A stretch of 55,450 nt of DNA, taken from assembly GCA_031835245.2 (NCBI GenBank), contig JAVKOQ020000095.1:124001-179450 (forward strand), read 5' to 3'. The notes beneath the pieces are model-generated. The model had not been told where the DNA came from and ran no database searches. It was given only the letters and a program-made list of their open reading frames with translations. Positions 36,545-49,849 of this stretch are shown here, piece after piece (position 1 is the first letter of the stretch; every line of letters starts with the position of its first letter). The DNA is from Balamuthia mandrillaris (Eukaryota). A program made the translations under genes and the position numbers.

Positions 36545-37367
36545 GCAGGAAAACGCGTGAAGAACGAGGAACGAAGGGGAAGAGGAAGTCATGTAAAGAA
36601 GAAAAAAAAAGTTGAGTAAACGCGTTTTAACGGAGAAGCTGCTTCTTCTGGGGAAAGCCGAAATCGGACAATCAGACTCTCTTACCAAACGGCGCGACGA
36701 TCTGCCCCGCACCTCTTTTTTGGGCCGTTATTGCTCGAGGGTTGTACCCCCTTGAACCGCCCAATCCCTTTTAGGCGGAGTTTTCTGAGATCAAGCTCGC
36801 GATTTAGGGAGGTTGTTTGGCGCAGGTCGCCTTGCCGCAGCAACTGCCGCGTTTTGGGGCGTTGTTTTCTCCAGCCCGTTTCGCAGCTCCCTTCAGATCC
36901 GATCAAGCTTAACCGTTAAAATCCCATTATGGTAACTATAGGCAATTTAAAAGCCGTTTCATAATTCTAATGTTGATATTTGGTATTTTTTCCATTATTT
37001 CCTCAATTTATTTGCGGTGGTTGTGGTTATTTATTCTTTGTTTGTTTTTCGGTGCGTGCCGCAGCGGGTGGTTTGCGGACCCCTTTTTTTTTTGCTGTTG
37101 CCTCTCTCTCTTCGCTGACCGCAACGAATAACATTGGCGCATAACTCCTCGTCCCTTAAAACAAACAAAAAAAATAAAGAGAAAGAAGCAGCAAAGCAAA
37201 AGCCGGTGCAAGTCCCCCTTTTTTTGTTTGCTCAGCCAACTTTTTTTTTTGTTTGTTTTTTGTTCTTTTTTTTGCATCTCTGGAGACAGCCTATTTTTTT
37301 GCTCCTCTTTTTTTTTTCTTCCCCACTCTTTCTCTTAATTTATTTTTTGTAAGTAATCGGCATCAAG

Positions 37368-39054
37368 ATGGGAGACATTTCGGAGAGGATCCAGTCGGCA
37401 CGGAAAGATGCCGAGAAAATGAATGAGCAAATCAGGAAGAACCGAGACGAGATGAACGACACATCACGTACGATTCTCCGTTTTATTTTTTCAGTTTTTT
37501 TTCAGTTTTATTATCGTCTCCTTTTTTTTTTCTCTTTCTCTCGCCTCTCCCTTTCTCTCTTGTTGTTTTTTTTTTCCTTCTCGCTCGTTCTTCCCCTTTC
37601 TCCCCCCAATTTGGCGAGACAACCCACCCCGAAGAAGTGGAGATGAAAAAGGCTAATCAAAAAAAAAAACATGCGTAAAGCCTGTCAAATTAGTCACACT
37701 TGGAAGGGAGGGAGGGGGGAGGGGGGGGGAGGGGGATTTTAATTTCCCCTTTCCCCATCTTGTGTGTGTTTTTTTATGTTTTTGATTACTTCAATTTGAT
37801 GGGGTCAAACACGGCCTCCAATCAAAAAAGTAATCCAAGAAAAGGGGCGGCGAAAGAAGAGCAAGATTTTTTTTAATTTTATTCAAATCGATTGACTAAC
37901 CCAAATTTTGTTTGTAACCGCCCGCAGTAAAACAATTCACAAAGGACATAGAAACTTTGCCGCGTTGCACAATGAAAGTAAGAAGGACGCTTAAGGGACA
38001 CTTGGCAAAGATATACGCAATGCACTGGTCCGAGAACAGGACACATTTGGTGAGCGCCTCCCAAGACGGCAAGCTCTTGGTTTGGGACGGTCTCACCACA
38101 AACAAGGTCCACGCCATTCCTCTCCGCTCTTCTTGGGTGATGACCTGCGCCTATTCTCCCTCGGGTGGGTTCGTCGCCTGCGGAGGTCTAGACAACATTT
38201 GCTCTGTCTACAACCTCCGAAGTCGAGATAACCCCATCCGAGCTTGCCGAGAATTGAACGCGCACACCGGTTATTTGTCTTGTTGCCGCTTCTTCGATGA
38301 CCGCAACATCGTCACCAGTTCTGGTGATATGACTTGTCTTTTGTGGGATATTGAGGCGGGCACTAAGGTCACAGAATTTGTCGAACACAACGGAGATGTT
38401 ATGAGGTTTGATATTCCTTTATGCTTGCTTCCTTTTTTTCCCCCTCTATCTCTCTTTGCCCTCTGTTTCGCTTCTCTTTACTTACATATTTTTCTTTTGT
38501 GTAGCGTCTCCATCATTCCAGACAAACAAAACTACTTCATTTCGGGCGCTTGTGACGCCACCGCCAAACTGTGGGACGTCCGAAGTGGCAAATGCACCCA
38601 AACCTTCCAGGGCCACGAGTCCGACATTAACGCCGTTCAATACTTCCCCAACGGTCTCAGCTTCGGAACAGGCTCCGACGACGCCTCTTGCCGTCTCTTT
38701 GATATCCGTTCCGACAGAGAGCTTATGCGCTACACTCATGACAACATCCTTTGCGGCATTACCTCAGTCGCCTTTTCTAAGAGCGGCCGATACTTCTTTG
38801 CTGGCTATGACGACTTCAACTGTAACGTGTGGGATACCCTTAAGGGAGAATGGATTGGTAGCTTGCAAGCCCATGACAACCGTGTAAGCTGCCTTGGTGT
38901 GTCCTCTGATGGTATGGCCCTTTGTACAGGAAGCTGGGATAGTTTGCTCAAGGTTTGTTTTCTCCATGGACTTTTTTTCTTTTTGCCTCTTTTTTCTCGG
39001 AATAGTTACGCTTACTCTTTGTCCTTTGCTTTACCACAACAGATCTGGGCCTAA
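37368..39054 (+). CDS. gpbA: Heterotrimeric G-protein beta subunit
   Basis: [58 protein letters not shown] and [12 protein letters not shown]. Three GT-AG introns. Confidence 0.98.
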
Positions 39055-39867
39055 ACATTTTGAACTAGAAGAAAAGGAGGGGGCAATAATAACAAAACAA
39101 CAAAATGAGCAACCACAAACAAACAGGTAACCATAGAAATATTATTCGTGATTGTAAAATAGCTTCCGCTGGACGATGAGCGTGACATGCCTCCAACGGC
39201 CCCCAAACAGCAACCCCCTTCAAAACCCTTCACGGAGGCAGCGCCACGCTCTATTCACAAAGACCCACCGCCACCAACCCTCTTATTTTTTTAATAATTT
39301 TATTCTATTTTTAATATTAGCCTTGTGCCTCTCCTTACCCTTTCAGCCTCTCAACAAAAATGATATTATTATTATTATTATGAAATAAGTTTGCTTTTCT
39401 TCCCCCTCGCCCCCTCCTTTGATGTTACGTCCCCGCCCCTTTCTTTCTCTTGAGGGTGAGGGTCTTCCCGCCCACCCGCATTTTTTGTTTAATTGCATTG
39501 CATCAAGCAACGCAGGGGCAATAATTTGCGCAGCAAAAAGGGGGAAGGAAATAAAAAAAAAATAAGTAGAGTCGTCGTTTTTTTTTTCGGCCCAGCTGTT
39601 CCCACCACACCAACCACTCCACGCAACAAGCTTGTTTGGGGAGTGGAACGAACGAGGGAAGGAAGACCACAAAAAAAAAGTAGAGCAAAGTAGAGGCGGT
39701 AAGTAGGAGAAAGGGCTCCAGCTATTCGTGCGAACAAAAAGTAGTGGCGGTGGCGGCGGCGGTGCAGCGAACGACAGAACCGTTTACCTTTTCGCCACTA
39801 CGCCTTGTAACAGCTCTTCTGGCCAGAGAGACCGCCCTGACCACAACAAGCAGCAGCAGGTGCGCGG

Positions 39868-40652
39868 ATGTCCAGTGTGACGAAGCAGATCAGACGGCGC
39901 TACTCGCGGGGAAGCAGGAAGAGTGGTTCTTTCGAAGGCATGCCTACCGAACAAGAAACTTCGGCCACCGAGAAGAAGAAGAAAGGCCTGGCCAAGAAGA
40001 AAGAAGACGCGCTGCCCGCCGAGGTCGTCGACGCTGTTACCAAGGTTCGCTCTCTCGCTCCATTCTTCTCACAACCTCCTGCTTTAACAAATAAAATAGA
40101 TCCAGGATGGCAAAGATGATGGCCTTATGTTTGACTTTGAGAAGTTGGCACAATCGGATGAAGTAAGAAAAGACCCATTGCAAGAAATCTTACGCCTTCC
40201 GCCCGATGACGTGGAGGTGGAAACGGTCCCAAGGGAATGCACAACCACCAAACCAACCGTGCCCGTACGTAGTCTCCTCTCCTTCCACTCTCTTCTTCGA
40301 GCAACAACAGCCTTATTTACTCCATGCCCTGTTTCAAACAATCCAAAGGAGGGAGTTACGGCAAAGGACATGCCGCGCGCCTATCTTCGTGACTGCATCG
40401 ACTTTTTTTCGAAGGACTGGACGGTAGTGAAGAGGAAGTACGCCAAAACGGAACTTGACTTTGGTAATGCCGTTGATGCCAAGGCGCTTCGCTCTCTTCC
40501 TAAACAGAAATACGAGACCATTGACGCCAAGGGCAAGGTCACCGCTAAAGGTTCTTTCTCTTTCTCTTTCTCTTTCGTCGTTTCTCTTTCGTCGTTTCTC
40601 TTTCGTCGTTTCTTTTTCTCTTTTTTCTTTTTCTCTTTCTCTTTCTCTTTCT

Positions 40653-40693
<41 letters not shown>

Positions 40694-41186
40694 CTCTCTC
40701 GTTTGCTCAAATGTTTATATCTCCTTTTTTGAAACAAAGCAGGCAAGGGTGCAAAGGCTGAAGAGAAAGGGAAGGAAAAAGAAAAGGTCAAAAAGACACA
40801 CCGAAGAAGGGGCTCCTCAGTATCTTCTACACCTAATACTGATGATGAGGGGAGCGGCAGCGAGGTTCGTGCGAAGGAAGATGCAAACAAACCACCAAAC
40901 CTAAAGTTGCTTGCTGAGTATAACAAGAAGGTAACCGATGCCGAAAATGCTGAGGCGAGGGTATGTATACATGTGCTCGCCACAATTGTTCTCTCTCTCT
41001 CTCTCTCACTCTCGTGCACATGGTATTTACTTTCCTCTCAGAACAAAACCAGGTTAGGCCTGTTTGACCTCTTCACAAAAGCGCTGACAGAAGGCAATTC
41101 TCTGGGCCGCGCACAAGCTACCATTCCAGCCAAACCTTTCTCAGATGTTCAAAGAGGGTATGTCTTTTGATGACCTTTTGTTATCT

Positions 41187-41220
<34 letters not shown>

Positions 41221-44200
41221 TCTTAACACGATCTCGTTTCAACCACAATAGTATAAGGAAAATAATGGTGACGCCAAAGAGCATCTCCTTCTCACTGGGC
41301 GATTTGGAGCCTGTGTTTGGCATTTTGGCGGTTTACAGCATGACCAACAAGCGCAGAATATCGGAGAATTACTACTTCAACGTCAATTCCTCCGAATCAA
41401 ACGGGCTCATTGCTGAACATAATGAAGTGACGTCCAGGAATCCAAAGTTGTCTTGTTGGTTTGAAGCTATACTAATATCACTATATTACAAAAGGATGCT
41501 GTGAAAGGACCAATTGCCAAGAGCGCCATCTTCTCCATATCAAGCCCCTCTGAAGATTGCTATCTTGTCCTACGCATAGAGAAGGTGCTACAGGGCGAAA
41601 TTGAAGCTTGCACAGAGCCTTACATTAAATATGAAACGGTATTCTCAGTACTTCCTATCTTCACTCGTTTACACTGGAAAAAACTTACATTTTACGCTCA
41701 TCAGTTGAAAGATAAAGACAAGGAAAGGCTTGAAGCTCAGGCTAAAGATGCATGCAAGCGATTGGGCAGCTTCCGACAGCCAATGGCTTGGAGTATCATT
41801 CCTCTTTTCAATGAGGACGGAGAGCTTCAAGTTGGCAAAAGCACCACATTCTCTCCTATTTATAGGCAAAAGAGCGATGTTAGCGATAGCAACTTCTTGG
41901 CAAGTTGGAAAGAGCAGTCCAAGGCACATCTCTCTCTCTCTCTCCCTCTCTGCATTTTGCTTGTCAACACTAGAACTCATAATTTATACAGTCGACAGGC
42001 TCTAAGCGCATGAAAGTAATGCCTGGTTCGTGTGTAGTAGACGTTGTAGAGGTTGGATTTGTGAAAGAAGTTGAAAAAGAGGAGGATGCGAAGGAGGAGG
42101 GCAAAGAAGAGGAAGTAACAGAAGACGTTGTGGTTGATTATTCATCCAACCTACAAGGCAAACTCAACCCATCTCTAATTCCACTGAAACCCGAGAACTC
42201 AAGTGAAGACGAAGTAAGCCTTCCTGTCTATTTTTTATTCCTTTCCCTAACCTCCCGATACTCGTCTACCCTCTGTGAATGCAGGATGTAATACTAGAAA
42301 TACAAGAATTTCCTCTGACCCCGTGGCTTGCTCCTCGCACCACTTTTGTAAACAACCTTTACATTTATCCAGAGTGTGCCAATCTCAATGCCCGTAATAT
42401 CGCCATCCGCGTACAATTGCTCGACATGGATTCTGATCCCGAAAACGACAGCATTGCTTTGAAGGTACCCGTTCAACTCATATACTCTGTCTTTCTTTAG
42501 AAGCTTAACTCATATATCATAATTGTACAGGCCATCTATGCTCATGGTGATTCTGGCATGCCCCAGCGTGGAGTAGGTTTGCAGCAGGACATGTGGAGCT
42601 CTATCAACTACCACAACAAAAATCCTGTCTATTACGATGAGTTTAAAGTGCAGCTGCCAGCTACTCTGACTGGTTCACATCATTTACTCTTTTCGTTCTA
42701 CCATGTCAGTTGCCAGCCCACAAAGAGCAAAGACCAACCCATCGAGGTATCTCTTCTTCTCCTCTTCCACCTCTTCCCTGGTAGCAATCTGATTTTTCTA
42801 TTACTATTGCAGAAAAAGATTGTTGGATATGCTTTTCTGCCTTTGTATACGCAGGACAAGTAAGTCCCATTTCTCACCTTTGTATCCTAGCGATGCACTA
42901 ACGTGCTCTATCTCCACTAACAATAAAGATTTGTCGGCAAGGAACACGCACTTCCAGTTGCTCTGAACCTGACCCCTGGTTACTTAACTCCAGAGGTGCA
43001 AGATGAATTAAAATGGATTGACAACAGAAAGACTCTTTTCAAGTTCCGCCTGAAGCTGGTATCGTCTTTGTACACCCAAGATGTCAAGCTTAACAAATTC
43101 TTTGCCCAACTGGACAATCTCTCCTCTACCAAAAAAGGAGACACTACCTTGGCTCAGGTATCAAAAAGCATTGTTGTTAAAGAATTCCTTGTTGTAATGC
43201 TAAACTTTTGTTATCCCGTTTCGCAGGCTGTTACCGCGCTGAGCAAAGTCCATCCTTTCAAGATCATCCAGTTTTTGCCCATTGTATTCAACCAGTTGTT
43301 CCGTATAATGTGTGTTGGGCCTCCACCTGTTCAAGCCGAAGCGTTTTCCACCTTATTGTCACTCATTTCCAAGTAACGTACTCAATCTCTCCCTCTCACG
43401 CTCAACGTCTAACCACCCAATTACTATTAGTGTGAACCGCGAATGTGATATCGCAGATATGCTGCGCACTTATGCAACGTATGCATTTGAAAATGTAGAG
43501 GGATGTTCCGTCTATCCCTACGAGCAGATATTACGTTTCTGGGTGGACACGCTGTTGAAGTCGCAAGGAGAGCTACGAGAAAAGCTGATTCACTTTGCAT
43601 GGTTCTTTTTCAGCGTGTCCTATCGGAGCATGGTTCTACGAGTGAAGCGTTCAAAAGGCGGAGATAGCACACCCCGCCACAAGCGGATCAGCGAAAGCTT
43701 CATGCGCGACTTACGAAGCTTGATGGTTTTGTTTACCCACGAACTCCAGCAGGGCAAACGTTTCGGCCTTACACTCGCCAAAGCGCTTAACCTGGACATT
43801 GCCATGTTCTTGCGTGACTTGCTTTCCCTCATTGATAGGGGAGTTGTCTGTGGAATCGTACGCATATCATTTTTGTCTGGCCCGCTAAAGCAACTTTCTA
43901 AACCTGACGAAATATTGTTGTTGCTCGTTTCAGATTGCACGCATGCTTGAGAGCTTGGTGCCTAATGGTTCTGATGGTGAAGTTGTATTTGTAGACATGA
44001 AACTCAGTTTCTTGCAGCTCATTTCGCAATACGAGCATTTTGTGCCACTGAATCTTCCGCTGCCACCTAAACCCCTCAAGGCTATCTCTTCACTGCTGGA
44101 AGAGTTCAAGTTCGTATTCACAACGTTTTATTTAATTTGTGCCTCAAAATACTTACTGTTTTTATTAATTTTGTCTTTTGAAGGCAAAAACACTTCATGG

Positions 44201-44829
44201 CGGGGTTGCTCATCGAGCACGCCTCTTTGTACGTTGATCACCCTGAGAAACAAATTCGAAGTAAGGTAATGTTTGACGTTTTATGGAGCTTCACAAGAGA
44301 GGGTTCCTAATTCCCTTAACTTGCGACAGGCTGTTGAAACGGTCCGTAAGTTGATCATCTCTCATTGCATAGACGAACGTTACGCTTCCAAGCCGGTTCT
44401 GCTCTCCCGCATTGCCAATACCTATTTCCCATTTGTGGCGATGATACTTCCACACACGGAAACTTATGAATTGCGAGACTTGGACGAGCGCCGAAACCTT
44501 CTGATAGCATGGTTGTGGGTGTTGAAGCACGCCGATCCAGCCTTGAAGAAAGATTGGTGGAAGAAGGAGTCCCGTTCTCACATTCTTCTATTTTTAGACA
44601 CTCTGAAGCTTTGTGTGGACACATTCCAGTACATTGGCAAAAAGAAGCTGGAGAAACGTATGACTGCCAGTCAGGTCAATACCTCTGCTAGCAGCACAAA
44701 GGCTGCCTTGGAGAGCTTTTACACAGATGTGTCTGGTGGTGGAGCTCGTGCCCAGATCAGAGGTACACGTTATGCTAGTTTGCGGGAAAAACGAGCAAGA
44801 GCTCAGGCACAAGGTTGAACCCCTTTCCC

Positions 44830-44871
<42 letters not shown>

Positions 44872-45506
44872 TCGCTCTCTGCGTCTTCACTCGTCATTTT
44901 CTCTGTCCTATCATTGACGTTTTCCAATTTATACTTCACAGCCAAGGAAGGAGAGCAAAGACAGTTCCGACGTACTCTAGAGAAAAGAAACAACAAACAA
45001 GCCGCTTCAACGGAGCCACAATATACTTTCTATCCAGAAATCGTGCGTACTCACCCTTCTCCTTTGTGTTCTTCGTAATCTTAAGAACTGCAGTAGTCTG
45101 TGTTAACTTTGCAAGAATCTCATACCTTTTATAGGAAAGTAATCTTAGCACAGAAGTAAGCTTGACAGTCTTGGATGTCGCTGAAGAGTTTATTCATTGT
45201 TTCAAGAAAGAGCTCGTCAGCACTGGAACTACGGTTGGCCCAGGCCAAGTATTAATGGACCGCGTCTTTGCATTATTAATGGCTCTTTTGAAGAACAACC
45301 AAAGCGAAACGGTTTACACTCATCTCTATGCTGTTCTCCGCTCGTTCGTGCACAAATTTGCCAAGTTGTTGTTTTACAGCAACACTGCCTTTTGTGCTGA
45401 GTTATGCCCAGTCGTTCTCAGCCACTGTAATTTCAACTCGCCGTTGACAAGAGAAGAAGCAAGCGCCTTTGTATATTTGCTTATGAAGGTTTGTGTACTA
45501 TCATAG

Positions 45507-45551
<45 letters not shown>

Positions 45552-47810
45552 GTCCTGTGTTCTCCGAGCTTGATCCTCAACTGAAACACAAACAAAGAAA
45601 AACATTGAAGAGGTTCGCAAAAACTTTACTCGAGTCAAGGTGCAGACTACAATTGCCCTATCCTATCTCGTGGGTCAGGGTATCAAGGTATGTGTTCTTT
45701 TCCACGGCCCAAGCTTTTTCAAGATATCTTATAAATTGTTTCCACATACTTTGTTGACAGGACGATACCAACTTGAGACGTTCTCTCTCTCTTATTTCCC
45801 AATTCGCACAACTGGACAAAGCAGACATCACTAGCTCTGGAAAACCATTTGCGCAGCAGGTGGAGGAGCTGTGCGACAGACTTCATACCATCCTTCGTGA
45901 TTCCGTCAAGATAAACCAATACGATAACGACCCCGAAATGATGGCCGACTTGTACTATCGTATCTCCAAGAGCTATGCAAACACGCCCGATCTTCGCGTA
46001 ACCTGGTTGATCAACTTGGCCAATTTCCATGCGGACAAGGTGAGGAACGCAGACTTCTTTTGGCCGTATGAAAATAGAGGCACTATTTTCTACTAACACA
46101 CTTTTTCGTCTTCGTTGTACCTCCTCACAGGCAAGGAAGAATTGGGCAGAGGCCGGACAATGCACGCTGCACATAGCTGCCCTTATTGCGGAGTACCTCC
46201 ACATGAAGAATTCTGGTAGTGGCGCACCACCTTTAGAAAGCTCCAGTGGTTCTCAGATTCTTTCACGAGGATCTAGCGGATCATCTCTTGCCAGTCTCGC
46301 TGATGAGGACTTGGAGAATGCCTACGTACGGAAACCAAATTTGCCGGATGGTTGTCGCAGTTTTGTGGGAATTACGCCAAATGCTCTGGAGGAAGCTCTC
46401 GCTGAGATATCAAGCGTGGTGCGTTGTTAGCTTTATTATATTAATTCTCACATACATTCGCTCTCAGTACTAACCAACATGGCACTGAAAGGGTGATGAA
46501 GGTGTGTGCGAGTCCAACTTGTTCACCGAAATAGGCCTTACCAAGATTATGTACGAAGCCATCGACAATCTTAAAAAGGCAGAGCTTTACGAGACCGCTA
46601 ATGAGCTCTACAAGTTGCTGATACCAATGCACGAGGCCAACCGCGACTACAAAGCCCTTGCCGATTGCCATGAAGACCTTCAACACGTCTTTAAGCAAAT
46701 TGTAACAGCGGAGCAAACGCAAGGCCGCATGTTGGGCAGCTATTACCGAGTTGCCTTCTTTGGAGCAGGCTTTGAGGAGCTGGATGGTAAGGAGTTCATT
46801 TATAAGGAGCCCAAGATTACTCGTCTCGTGGAAATCAAGGATCGGCTCGTTGAGCTCTATACCTCTCGTCTAGGAGAGAACAAGGTCTCTATCTGGACTG
46901 ACTCTGGCGCTGTGGACCGTTCCAAGCTGGATCCTTCCCTCTGCTATATCCAGATAACCTCTGTTGACCCATACTTTGACGCAAAGGAATCTGCCTCTCG
47001 CCTCACCTACTATGAGCGTAACAATAATCTGAGTAAGTTGTTTCTTCTTCTTCTTCTTCTTCTTCTTCTTCTTCTTCTTTTCACGTTTGTTTACTTATCA
47101 ATTTGCTTCACCCACAAATTCATAAATTTTAACAGACCAATTTATCTTCGATACGCCTTTCACCCTTGGTAAAAGTGCTCAGGCCAGCAATGTGGCGGAG
47201 CAACACAAACGAAAGACCATATTGACGGTGGATAGCTCGTTCCCGTACGTGAAGAAGCGGTTGCCGGTGGCCAAGAAGGAGGAAATTAATCTGACTCCTA
47301 TCGAGAACTCTTTGGAGAATATAACCTCCCGCACGGCGTTACTTGTGGCCCAGTTGCGGGCGCAGCCTCCCAACTCCAAGACCCTGCAGGCCCTCTTGCA
47401 AGGCTCTGTCCGTCTCCGTACGTCTTTTTCTTTCTGTTTTTGTTCTTCCGCTCGCATCGCCGCCCTCTCTTCTCTCTCTCTTCTCTCTCTCTCTCTCTCT
47501 CCCCAACACAACCATTTTCATACTTTTTGTTGCTGAGACTAAGACCAATCCTCTGATAACAGAGGTGCACGCGGGTCCGCTGGAAATATGCAAGGCGTTC
47601 CTCGGCAGCAATGCCTCCCAGTACGAGCCTGAAAAGATAGCGCAGTTGCGTCTTAGCCTGCAGCGTTTCCTGCGGGCATGCGAGCGAGCACTTGAGCTCA
47701 ACAAGGCCATCATCACAACGGATCAGGTCACTTTCCAGGAGGAGCTGCAAAAGGGATATGAGTCCCTTCGTGATGAAATGATGCCCTTCCTTTCGTCTAC
47801 TGATAAGTAG
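39868..47810 (+). CDS. DOCK-C/D (Zizimin-like) Rho-family GEF with DHR1 (C2) and DHR2; many exons
   Basis: DPLQEILRLPPDDV, EPVFGILAVY..KRRISENYYF, NNLYIYPE, YHNKNPVYYDEFKVQLPATL..HHLLFSFYHVSC, DPEMMADLYYRISKSYANTPDLRVTWL, YYRVAFFG...EFIYKEP and LLQGSVRLQVHAGPLEIC. Confidence 0.96.
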
Positions 47811-47885
47811 TGGTGGGTAGTGGCAGTGGTTGGTTGGATAGCTTGAATGCAGGAATAGTTTATACACTCGCATCAGTTTCTTTCA
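47794..47885 (+). repeat. Imperfect direct repeat, copy A (last DOCK codons plus 3' UTR)
   Basis: CGTCTACTGATAAG...GGTAGTGGCAGTGGTTGGT...AGCTTGAATGCAGGAAT...ATACACTCGCATCAG recurs at 49840. Confidence 0.85.
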
Positions 47886-48414
47886 TGTTTTGTACCAACA
47901 CAAGGTTCTCTTTGCAGGAACACATTTTATCCACAAAACAAGTCATTTTGCGACTCTTTCCAAGGAGATACAATAAAACGTCAAGCTCTCAAGGAAGAGG
48001 CTGGAGTACGATAGCACTGCAAAACTGGTTCGCACGGATGCAAGACTTTATGGTGGTCACCGCTGCGTTTTGCCAAGAACAATGGAGCACGCAACATTCT
48101 TCGGAGTAGTGTTGCCCGACGGAGCCAATGGGTTTGCGCTGATAGGAAGAAGTGGATGGGCGTTTCTGTTGTCCTCTAGCCAACCTCATCACCGCATACT
48201 CGCAAGAACTTTCATTTGTGGGATACTCAAGTGACTTTTAAGGGCCTGCTCGGATCATAAGGATCGGTACTAAAGTCGTGTCGCAAGCTGTTTGCAATTT
48301 TTCCAAGAAAACAATTGCCGCCAAAAATAAATTATTTCAGATGCGCCTCTTCGCACACAAACAACAAACAAACGCACCAACCAACCGAAATCTTGGTTGT
48401 GAGAGAGAAAACCA

Positions 48415-49849
48415 TGCTACAGTTCAGCTCTGAAGAAAGTGGTCGGCCCCGTAGAGACAAACCGAGGCTAGCAAAAAGAAAGAACCAAAAAAAAAAAAAA
48501 ACGAGGGAAGGCTCAGAAGCACACACTTGGCAACAAGCCAGAGGGAAAGGAGCCGAAGCATAAAGTAGGTGATCCTGAGGAGGACAAACCAAGTCCACCG
48601 CCAAGAGTATCGCCCAGACCAGCTGACTCACCAGCCCAGGGAAGGGAGGAGAAGGAAATTCCATCCAACAAACCTACTACAGAAACGCAGTATGACAGCG
48701 AGTTTACTGAGTCTCAAGCAGCTGGAAGAAAACTACTTACAGACCGGGGAATACGAAGAAAGCAAGAAGGTCAGCGAGGTGATTGCGCGCTATCTTTGCC
48801 GGCCTCCTGGTGGTTCCTCAAGGCCTGAAAACGCAGCGCAACGCCCAGAGGACATTGTTACAGCACGCTCATTCTGGGAGTGCGTTGCAGAAGAGGATGA
48901 GAAGTTGGAAGCGTTCACGGTGAAGGCGGCCAGAGACTTCACATGCGCGACCAATATGTCCCTTTTACGCAGCAAAGTCATTGAAATTACCTCGAACTAT
49001 CCTTTCCGAGTTGGAGGGCTGAACGAAGAGGAGACGTCTCTCCGATGCCGAATCATTTCAGTCTGCCTTGGTCATGCCCCGCCTTTTCCCTTTGACCCGA
49101 TGCTTTCCAGCCAAAAATCCCGCCTCCTCCTCCCATTCCCACCATCCTCCTCCCACAAGAATGTACCTGGGGAGAGTGAGAGAAATAGCACTCAGTCTGT
49201 TGGAAACATTGCACGTGCTGCACGTCAAGCAGAGAGTGGTCCATTTGGACATGAAGCCAGCCAACCTTTTGCTCCCTCTTCCGTGCCAGCAGCACGGAGA
49301 TGACGAACGGGAGGGCTGGGGCAAGCAGGGAGAAAGTAAGGTCTTCTTGGCAGATTTTGGGGTGAGCAGGCCAGCAGGCACTTGGTTGAGTGTTGCAGTG
49401 GGCACGGACTCCTTCATGGCTCCCGAGCTGCGCCACCTGGACGACACAGATGAAGAGGGAGAAGAAGAAGAAGGAGTGGAGGCTTGCGAGAAGCTGGATA
49501 TGTGGAGCTTTGGTCGCACCTTGAAGTCCATGTTGGAGGGCGTGAAGGCCGGGCGTGCAGGGGCCGGAGCAGAAGAACGGGCACTGTGGAAGTTGGTGGA
49601 GATGTGTTGCGCATACAGCCCGGAGGATCGCCCATCCGCAAAATAGGCCCTGGCCCCCCCCCCCCCCCAGTCACTCCTCGAGTCAACTCCCAAGGCAGCA
49701 GTAAACACCGGGAGAAACCGAAAATGACCCACAAGAACGCCCGAACGACCAGCGGCCGCACTCCCTTGGCCGACATTACAAACACGGTATGCCGCATTCC
49801 TCGCCCGCAGCGCAGTGACCAACGCGCAATGGTCTGGTACGTCTACTGA
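48415..49849 (+). pseudogene. Disrupted protein-kinase gene: family NTD joined out of frame to a kinase C-lobe
   Basis: Kinase subdomains V-XI only (LVMPRL, VVHLDMKPANLLL, LADFG, GTDSFMAPE, KLDMWSFG, PEDRPSAK*). No GxGxxG or VAIK N-lobe. Frame change near 49060, premature TAG at 49644-49646, C15 run. The 5' boundary is approximate. Confidence 0.78.

Noticed and set aside
36810..36850. SRP RNA helix 8 (CAGG...AGCA)
   Set aside because: The spacer is 12 nt with no GNRA-capped stem, and no Alu-domain motif is present.
49644..49646. Programmed stop-codon readthrough in the kinase
   Set aside because: The gene is also missing its N-lobe and is frameshifted, so a nonsense mutation is the simpler explanation.
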